Source: Endomicrobiia bacterium
Lineage (GTDB): Bacteria; Elusimicrobiota; Endomicrobiia; DTEH01
Length of the DNA: 64,000 bases
Assembly: GCA_039630545.1 (NCBI GenBank)
Contig: JBCNUU010000005.1
Location: forward strand, 1-64,000
Reading direction: 5' to 3'
The notes under the pieces are model-generated. The model did no database searches, was not told the origin of the DNA, and was given only the letters and a program-made list of their open reading frames with translations. The position numbers were made by a program, and so were the translations under genes. This document shows, piece by piece, positions 57,938 to 64,000 of the stretch (position 1 is the first letter of the stretch; every line of letters begins with the position of its first letter).

Positions 57938-59216
57938 CGAATTTGTTTTCTAAATGTTTCAGTAAGAATTTTGTATTACAAATTTTTTTAATATATTTTG
58001 GCTTTATGATTTTTGTTAAGTTTTTATTTTTACAACAAATTTCTATAAAATCTTTCTTTTTCAAAAATGCCTCCTGGGCAAGGGGTTGTATAATGTTGTA
58101 TGCATGTTGTCTACTTAATCCTTTTTTTATTAGCTCAGTTAATAATGTTTGTGAATAGAAAGAGTTATGAGAAATTTGGATATTTTTGAGCATATTTTCT
58201 GGATAAACTATAATATTTTTTATAAGGTTTGTGAATCTATAAAGTATAAAATCCAACGCTATAGAAGCATCTGGTAAAATTATTCTTTCTGCCGAAGAAT
58301 GAGATATGTCTCTTTCATGCCATAACGCTACATTTTCATATCCAGCAACAACATAAGATCTTATTAATCTAGCTAATCCACATATGTTTTCAGATAACAC
58401 CGGATTTCTTTTATGCGGCATAGCAGAGGAACCTTTCTGTCCCTTGGAAAACGATTCTTCTACCTCTAGTACCTCTGTCCTTTGTAGATGTCTTATTTCG
58501 GTAGCGAATTTTTCTAATGAAGCAGCAATATTTGCTAATGTAGTGAGATAATAAGAATATCTATATCTAGGAATTACTTGTGTAGAAATTGGTTCTGGTT
58601 TTAAACCTAATTTTTTTAATACCTTTTTTTCTATTTCTGGAGAAAGCTGAGAGTAAGTTCCAACTACTCCTGAAATTTTTCCAACTGCTACAATTTCTTT
58701 TATATAATTTAATACTTCATAATGTTGTTTAACTTCACAATACCAACCAGCAAGTTTATATCCAAAGGTTATTGGTTCAGCATGTACTCCATGTGTTCTT
58801 CCCATCATTAAAGTGGATTTGTAGTTTAAAGCTTGAATTTTAAGTACCTCTAACAGTTCGTTTAATCTTTTTGAAATTTGTTGACAGCTTTGTTTTAACT
58901 GCAAAGCTGAAGCAGTATCTAAAACATCAGAAGAAGTAAGACCAAAGTGTATCCATTTTGCTGCTTCTGTATTTACTGATTCACTTAGTTGATCTACAAA
59001 TGCAGCTACATCGTGTTTTGTGATTTTTTCAATTTCTTTTATTCTTTCTATGTTTAATTTTACTTTGTTTTTAATTTCTTCATAGTGGTTTTTAGGAATG
59101 ATTTTTTCTTCTGCTAATGTTTCTAATACCTTAAGTTCTACTTCTAACATTAGTTTGAATCTATTTTCTTCCGACCAAATACTTGACATTTCAGGTAAAG
59201 AATATCTGTCAATCAT
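57918..59216 (-). CDS. purB: Adenylosuccinate lyase
   Basis: MIDRY, HDV.AF, HFGLTSSD, GRTHGVHAEP, GSSAMPHKRNP and ERDISHSS motifs. Confidence 0.97.
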   Translation of the reverse strand: MIDRYSLPEMSSIWSEENRFKLMLEVELKVLETLAEEKIIPKNHYEEIKNKVKLNIERIKEIEKITKHDVAAFVDQLSESVNTEAAKWIHFGLTSSDVLDTASALQLKQSCQQISKRLNELLEVLKIQALNYKSTLMMGRTHGVHAEPITFGYKLAGWYCEVKQHYEVLNYIKEIVAVGKISGVVGTYSQLSPEIEKKVLKKLGLKPEPISTQVIPRYRYSYYLTTLANIAASLEKFATEIRHLQRTEVLEVEESFSKGQKGSSAMPHKRNPVLSENICGLARLIRSYVVAGYENVALWHERDISHSSAERIILPDASIALDFILYRFTNLIKNIIVYPENMLKNIQISHNSFYSQTLLTELIKKGLSRQHAYNIIQPLAQEAFLKKKDFIEICCKNKNLTKIIKPKYIKKICNTKFLLKHLENKFDEIFKD

Positions 59217-59257
59217 AATAAAAATTTCCTCCTTTTAAAAAAATTTCTAAAATTTGA

Positions 59258-59539
59258 TTATTTTTTCCTTTTTAGTTGAAGATTTTCACCAGTTTTTTGA
59301 TTGTATGCCTCTAATACTTTTTGTTCAATTTTTTGCCTTAACTCATTTGAAATTGGATGAGCCACATCTTTATGAGAACCATTACTTGTTTTTCTAGATG
59401 GCATGAAAATTTTAACTCCATCATCAAACGCAACAATCCTCAAGTTATGAACAACAAAAACATCATCCAGAGTAATTGTAGCGTATGCTTTTAATTTTTT
59501 TTCTTTTTGGGGGTATATTCTTACTTCTGTTATTTCCAT
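59258..59539 (-). CDS. spoVG: SpoVG family nucleic-acid-binding protein
   Basis: MEITEVRI, LKAYATIT.D..FVVH, MPSRK and DVAHPI motifs. Confidence 0.93.
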   Translation of the reverse strand: MEITEVRIYPQKEKKLKAYATITLDDVFVVHNLRIVAFDDGVKIFMPSRKTSNGSHKDVAHPISNELRQKIEQKVLEAYNQKTGENLQLKRKK

Positions 59540-59560
59540 AAAATAAATAAAACCTCCTTT

Positions 59561-60436
59561 TTATTTAGTTATACTTTTTAAAATATAAATTTTACAATTT
59601 TTGAGCTTTTTTTCAACAATTTTTTTAAAAAACTCTGCTTCTTTTTTGTTTTTAAATACAGAAAAAAAACAAGATCCTGAGCCGCTCATAGAGACATTTT
59701 CAGAAAATCTATTCATGATTTGTTTTATTTTTTTTAATTCAGGAAAAACTTTAAAAGCAGCTTTTTCAAGGTCATTTATGAGTAAAGTTTTTAGATTTAT
59801 TTTCTTTATTGAGTCTAAAATTTTGTTTTCATCAAATTTATAGAAAGAATTTTTGGTTATTTTATCATAAGTTTCGTATACTTTTTTTGTGGAAAGAATT
59901 ACATTTGGATAAACTAATACGAACCAAAGAGGTTTCTGTGTCCATGGAGGAATAATTTTTTTAATTTTTTCACCTGCAGATTTTACTATACAACAACCTT
60001 GAAACAAAAAAAAGGGGATATCTTTACCTAACTTTGCAAGGATCTTTATAAGTTTTTCCTTTGTTATTTTAATTTTAAATAACTTAACTAAAGCCAGTGC
60101 TACACAAGCAGCATCTGAAGAGGCTCCCCCTAATCCTCCACCAATTGGGATATTTTTTTCTATATCTATCTTTATAAAATAATTTTCAATCTTAAACTTT
60201 TTTAAAATGGTTTCAGCTACTTTATAGCACAAATTATTTTCATTTTTTAATTCAGGAATATTGCAGTTGATGATTAATTTGTTTTCTGAGACATTTTTTT
60301 TCAACTTTATACTAATTTTTATTTTGTCAAACAAAGAAACTGTCTGGATAATAGAAAATATATTATGATATCCATCTTTTCTTTTGTTTAATATTTTTAA
60401 AGTCAAATTTACCTTTGCAGGCGCAAGGATTTGCAT
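59561..60436 (-). CDS. ispE: 4-diphosphocytidyl-2-C-methyl-D-erythritol kinase
   Basis: APAKVNL, DGYH, KNIP.GGGLGGASSDAA, NDLE and MSGSGS motifs. Confidence 0.94.
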   Translation of the reverse strand: MQILAPAKVNLTLKILNKRKDGYHNIFSIIQTVSLFDKIKISIKLKKNVSENKLIINCNIPELKNENNLCYKVAETILKKFKIENYFIKIDIEKNIPIGGGLGGASSDAACVALALVKLFKIKITKEKLIKILAKLGKDIPFFLFQGCCIVKSAGEKIKKIIPPWTQKPLWFVLVYPNVILSTKKVYETYDKITKNSFYKFDENKILDSIKKINLKTLLINDLEKAAFKVFPELKKIKQIMNRFSENVSMSGSGSCFFSVFKNKKEAEFFKKIVEKKLKNCKIYILKSITK

Positions 60437-61971
60437 TTAGATTTAATTTTTAAAATTTTATTCTTTAAATCTTTGTTTTTATTGTTAAGTTTTAAAGATT
60501 TCTTGTAAAAAATCAATGCTTCTTCAAATTTATTAAGAGAAGCTTTAACATCCCCTATATGTTCATAAATAATAGGATCTGAATAATTTTTAATTTGTTC
60601 AAATAATTCTTCTGCTTTTTTGTAATCTTCTTTCTTATAATAAACCCAAGCAAGAGAATCTATATAGGCATAATTAGTGGGTTCTACTTCTAAAGCCTTT
60701 TTTATTAGCTGTTCTGCTTCATTTAGGTTGATTCCTCTGTCTGCATAAAGATATCCTAAATAATTTAGTGCTTCATGGTCCTCAGGATTTTTGGCTATTG
60801 CTTCTTTTAGATATTTTATAGAATTTTCAATATCACCTAGTTGCTCATAACACATCCCTATATAGAAATCGATTCTTTCAAATGAAGAAGATGATGATTT
60901 TAATTCAAATAATATCTCTAATGCTTTGTTATAGTTCTTTTTTTCTATATATGCATATAAAAGCATGATTTTGATTTCTTCTTCATTAAATTTTTGTTTA
61001 GCAGTTTCTAACAAACTAAAAGTTTTTTTATAATTCTTTATTGAATAGTAATAATATATCAATTTTAAATAAGGTAAAGAATCAGAGACTTCTGTTTTTT
61101 TGATATATTTTTCCATATATTTGATTGCTTTTTTAAATTCCTTTTTATATTCATAAAAAATTGCAATAAGGAAATTATGTACTGGTAAAAATTCTTTTTT
61201 AGGTATTGAAAGTATTTTCGGAAAATACTGTTCTGCCTTTCCTATATCTTGCTGAGAAAGTAACAAAAAAAATAAATTAGTTAAGATTTTGTAATCATTA
61301 GGTTTTTGTTTAAGATAATTTTCATATTGTAAAATTAAAGATGTGTAATCAGTGGTTTTCTCAATAAAGTTATCTGAAAATAAAATAGAAGAAATAATAT
61401 CTTTTTCTTCATTTAAGTTTTTTAAATATTCTTTTGCTTTTTCCGGATTTCCTCTTTTATACTCTAACAGTGCCAACTGAAAATATGCATTAGTATCGTT
61501 AGGGTTTAGTTCAAGGTATTTTTTGTAGTAGTATATAGATTTTTCTTCATCCAGATAAAAATATATCTGTGCTAAAGCAAAAATTACATCTAGATTGTTA
61601 GGAGTTATTGAGAGAATTTTTTCAAATATCTTTGCAGCTTCTTTTGTATATCCCCCAATCCATAGTATATTACCTATATTAGATAGTGTCGCTGTATCTA
61701 CTTCTATTTTTTCTATTTCTTTGATTAAGTAGGTAAGTTTATTTTCTTGTTTTTCTAATACATATAAGTATATAAGCTGAGGATAAACATCTAAAGCTTC
61801 TGGATCTAGCTTTATGACTTTTTCAAGTTTTTCTATAGCTGAACTATAATTTTTTTGATGAATGTCTAATAATGCTTGAGAATAATAATAGTAAGAATAT
61901 TTAAAACTAAATAAATATGTTCTAAAAATTAAAGTAGTTATTATCAAATACCAAAAATTTTTATTCCACAT
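60409..61971 (-). CDS. Tetratricopeptide repeat protein, probably exported
   Basis: Multiple TPRs, including ALNYLGYLYAD and YIDSLAWVYY. Confidence 0.88.
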   Translation of the reverse strand: MWNKNFWYLIITTLIFRTYLFSFKYSYYYYSQALLDIHQKNYSSAIEKLEKVIKLDPEALDVYPQLIYLYVLEKQENKLTYLIKEIEKIEVDTATLSNIGNILWIGGYTKEAAKIFEKILSITPNNLDVIFALAQIYFYLDEEKSIYYYKKYLELNPNDTNAYFQLALLEYKRGNPEKAKEYLKNLNEEKDIISSILFSDNFIEKTTDYTSLILQYENYLKQKPNDYKILTNLFFLLLSQQDIGKAEQYFPKILSIPKKEFLPVHNFLIAIFYEYKKEFKKAIKYMEKYIKKTEVSDSLPYLKLIYYYYSIKNYKKTFSLLETAKQKFNEEEIKIMLLYAYIEKKNYNKALEILFELKSSSSSFERIDFYIGMCYEQLGDIENSIKYLKEAIAKNPEDHEALNYLGYLYADRGINLNEAEQLIKKALEVEPTNYAYIDSLAWVYYKKEDYKKAEELFEQIKNYSDPIIYEHIGDVKASLNKFEEALIFYKKSLKLNNKNKDLKNKILKIKSKCKSLRLQR

Positions 61972-62743
61972 AATTAGTTAGTTCTCCTATGTTTTCTATT
62001 CTTATCGTAATACAATCACCTCTCTTCATTTCCCCTACACCTGCTGGTGTTCCTAAAGTTATAATATCCTGTGGATAAAGAGTCATTATTTTTGATATAA
62101 AACTTACTACATATTCCATTTTGAAAATTAAATTTTTAGTAGATGAGTTTTGCATGATTTTCCCATTTAAAATAGATTGAATTTTTAAATTAGTTATATC
62201 TAATTCCTTTGAAACTATCCATGGACCTACTGGTGCAAAAGTATCAAAAGATTTTGCTCTTGTCCACTGGCCATCTTTTTTTTGGATATCTCTGGCAGTT
62301 ACATCATTAAAGCAACTAAAACCTAATATATAATCTTTCACTTGAGAAGGTTTAATATTCTTAGCTTTTCTTTTAATAATAACAGCTAACTCAGCTTCAT
62401 AGTGAAGCTGTTTTGTAGTTTTTGGATATATTATTTTATCTTTATGTCCGATAATTGCTGAAGGTGGTTTAAGAAAAATAATAGGGTATTTAGGCAATGG
62501 CATATTGAGCTCTTTTGCGTGGTCTGTAAAGTTTAAACCAACGCATACTATTTTTGTCGGACAGCACGGAGGAAGAAATTTTATTGTTTTGTTTTTTTCT
62601 AGTTTTATTACAGTATCGGTAAGTTTCCAGTTAGATTCAAAATAAGAAGAGCTTATCACATAAAACAGTTTTTTTTGTTTATCAACAATTCCAAAAAATT
62701 GTTTTCCATTGATAGCAATTTTTGCATAAATTCTTAAATTCAT
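61961..62743 (-). CDS. Fumarylacetoacetate hydrolase family protein
   Basis: KIVCVGLN, FLKP, YEAEL, NDVTARD, RAKSFDTF and GTPAGVG motifs. Confidence 0.93.
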   Translation of the reverse strand: MNLRIYAKIAINGKQFFGIVDKQKKLFYVISSSYFESNWKLTDTVIKLEKNKTIKFLPPCCPTKIVCVGLNFTDHAKELNMPLPKYPIIFLKPPSAIIGHKDKIIYPKTTKQLHYEAELAVIIKRKAKNIKPSQVKDYILGFSCFNDVTARDIQKKDGQWTRAKSFDTFAPVGPWIVSKELDITNLKIQSILNGKIMQNSSTKNLIFKMEYVVSFISKIMTLYPQDIITLGTPAGVGEMKRGDCITIRIENIGELTNYVE

Positions 62744-62762
62744 TTATAAAAAGCACCAAAAC

Positions 62763-63536
62763 CTATATATTTAGCACATCATACATAGTATATAATCCTG
62801 CTTTTTGATTTTTAACAAGCCACTTGGCAGCAAGTAGAGCACCTTTAGCAAATGTTTGTCTTGAGGTTGCTGTGTGTTTTATTTCTAATCTTTCTCCATA
62901 GGTAGAATAAAGCACAAGATGTTCTCCTACAATATCGCCTGCTCTAATAACACTTATACCAACCTCGTTAGGTTTCCTTTCGCCAATAATTCCGTTTCTT
63001 CCAAACACAAAGTTAGTTTCAGGTTGTATTTGTTTTATTATTTCCATTATTTTTTTAGCAGTGCCAGATGGTGCATCTTTTTTCTTGTTATGGTGTGCTT
63101 CTACAATTTCAATATCATAATTTTCATTTTTTAAGGTTTTAGTAGTAAGTTCTATTAATTTAAACATTAAATTTACTCCCAGACTCATATTAGGAGAAAG
63201 TAAAACTGGAATCTCTTGAGAAGCTTCTTTAATTTTTTTTACTTGATCTTCAGAGTGTCCAGTTGTTCCTATTACTATTGGTTTTTTGTAAGTTTTACAT
63301 AAAATAAGAACTTGCTGTGTCCCTTCTGGTGAAGAGAAGTCCACAACTACGTCTGTATTTTCTATGTATTTTTCTAAAGTTTTTTCTACAGCTGGTAAAT
63401 CATGGTTATCATAAATTTTTTTAACAGGTGAGATATCTGCTAATCCCACTATTTTTATTTCTTTATCCAGAAGACATAGTTCTAATATAGTTGTTCCCAT
63501 TCTTCCCAGTGCGCCATTTAATGATAATTTTATCAT
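62763..63536 (-). CDS. dapB: 4-hydroxy-tetrahydrodipicolinate reductase
   Basis: GALGRMG, DFS, GTTG, NMSLG, EAHH..KKDAPSGTA and R.GDIVGEH motifs. Start reassigned to 63536. Confidence 0.96.
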   Translation of the reverse strand: MIKLSLNGALGRMGTTILELCLLDKEIKIVGLADISPVKKIYDNHDLPAVEKTLEKYIENTDVVVDFSSPEGTQQVLILCKTYKKPIVIGTTGHSEDQVKKIKEASQEIPVLLSPNMSLGVNLMFKLIELTTKTLKNENYDIEIVEAHHNKKKDAPSGTAKKIMEIIKQIQPETNFVFGRNGIIGERKPNEVGISVIRAGDIVGEHLVLYSTYGERLEIKHTATSRQTFAKGALLAAKWLVKNQKAGLYTMYDVLNI

Positions 63537-63540
63537 TTTT

Positions 63541-63861
63541 TTATTTGGTTTCTTCAATTGGTTTTGTTTCAATTGGAATTATAATTCTTATAGCATTTTT
63601 GTTTACTACAAGTCTTTTAACCTGAGTTCTTATTATTTCTTTTGTTTCCAAATCTTGAATGTCTGCATTTATTACTTCCAAAAACTGTTTTTCACCTACT
63701 TTTTCCATTCTTTCACCAGCTACATCTATAATTTCAGAAATTCGTTGTGTGAGATATTTTTTAAAGATATATTTAAGCTTTGGCCTAATTTTTACAAACC
63801 CTGTAATTAAAAATTTGTCTGTATAAATAGTTAAAGGAACATTTATAGTTTTTTTAGCCAA
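63541..63861 (-). CDS. Hypothetical small beta-rich protein (possibly DUF6812-like)
   Basis: TTG start with SD AAGGAG. IYT..FLITG...RISE...FL.V..A...LVVNKNAI..I.P pattern. Confidence 0.6.
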   Translation of the reverse strand: MAKKTINVPLTIYTDKFLITGFVKIRPKLKYIFKKYLTQRISEIIDVAGERMEKVGEKQFLEVINADIQDLETKEIIRTQVKRLVVNKNAIRIIIPIETKPIEETK

Positions 63862-64000
63862 TTTTTTTACTCCTTAAAAAGTTGTTAAAGTATAATTTAA
63901 AATACTAAATTTGGATTGAAAACTCAAGATGTTAAAAGATTCTAAGAATTTAATGAACAGAATAGGAAAGATTTATTTTTTATTATTAAATTATTATTAA

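Noticed and set aside
59258..59539. spoVG as evidence for sporulation or Firmicutes origin
   Set aside because: SpoVG next to ispE occurs in many non-sporulating phyla, and there are no other sporulation genes here.

Overview
A very AT-rich, gene-dense stretch of a bacterial chromosome from an anaerobe (GC content not computed). Almost all genes are on the minus strand. The gene content is compatible with an Elusimicrobiota-like lineage, but that is inference only. Most of the window is housekeeping: aroD, queH, lysC, purH, gpsA/plsY/pgsA, miaB-mutS-PilZ-mutL-miaA-hflX, fur-feoAB with a near-perfect Fur box, trxA-panC, galT, scpB, argG, accD, purB, spoVG-ispE, dapB, tRNA-Pro(UGG) and tRNA-Gly(GCC). 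The standout is a Wood-Ljungdahl cluster at about 31.6-50.6 kb. acsB, acsD, acsE, an AcsF/CooC2-type ATPase, fhs, fchA, folD and an rnfC2-metV-metF MTHFR are all intact. The CO dehydrogenase (cooS/acsA) and its CooC1-type maturase are heavily decayed pseudogenes in a ~2.3 kb block that the ORF track almost entirely misses, so this looks like an ACS pathway caught losing CODH. Other oddities are an aspartokinase with no ACT domains, a suhB stop codon inside a tRNA gene, a FolD lacking its cyclohydrolase residues, and a 93-bp perfect repeat shared by two MetV domains. No CRISPR array, rRNA or intact mobile element was seen.
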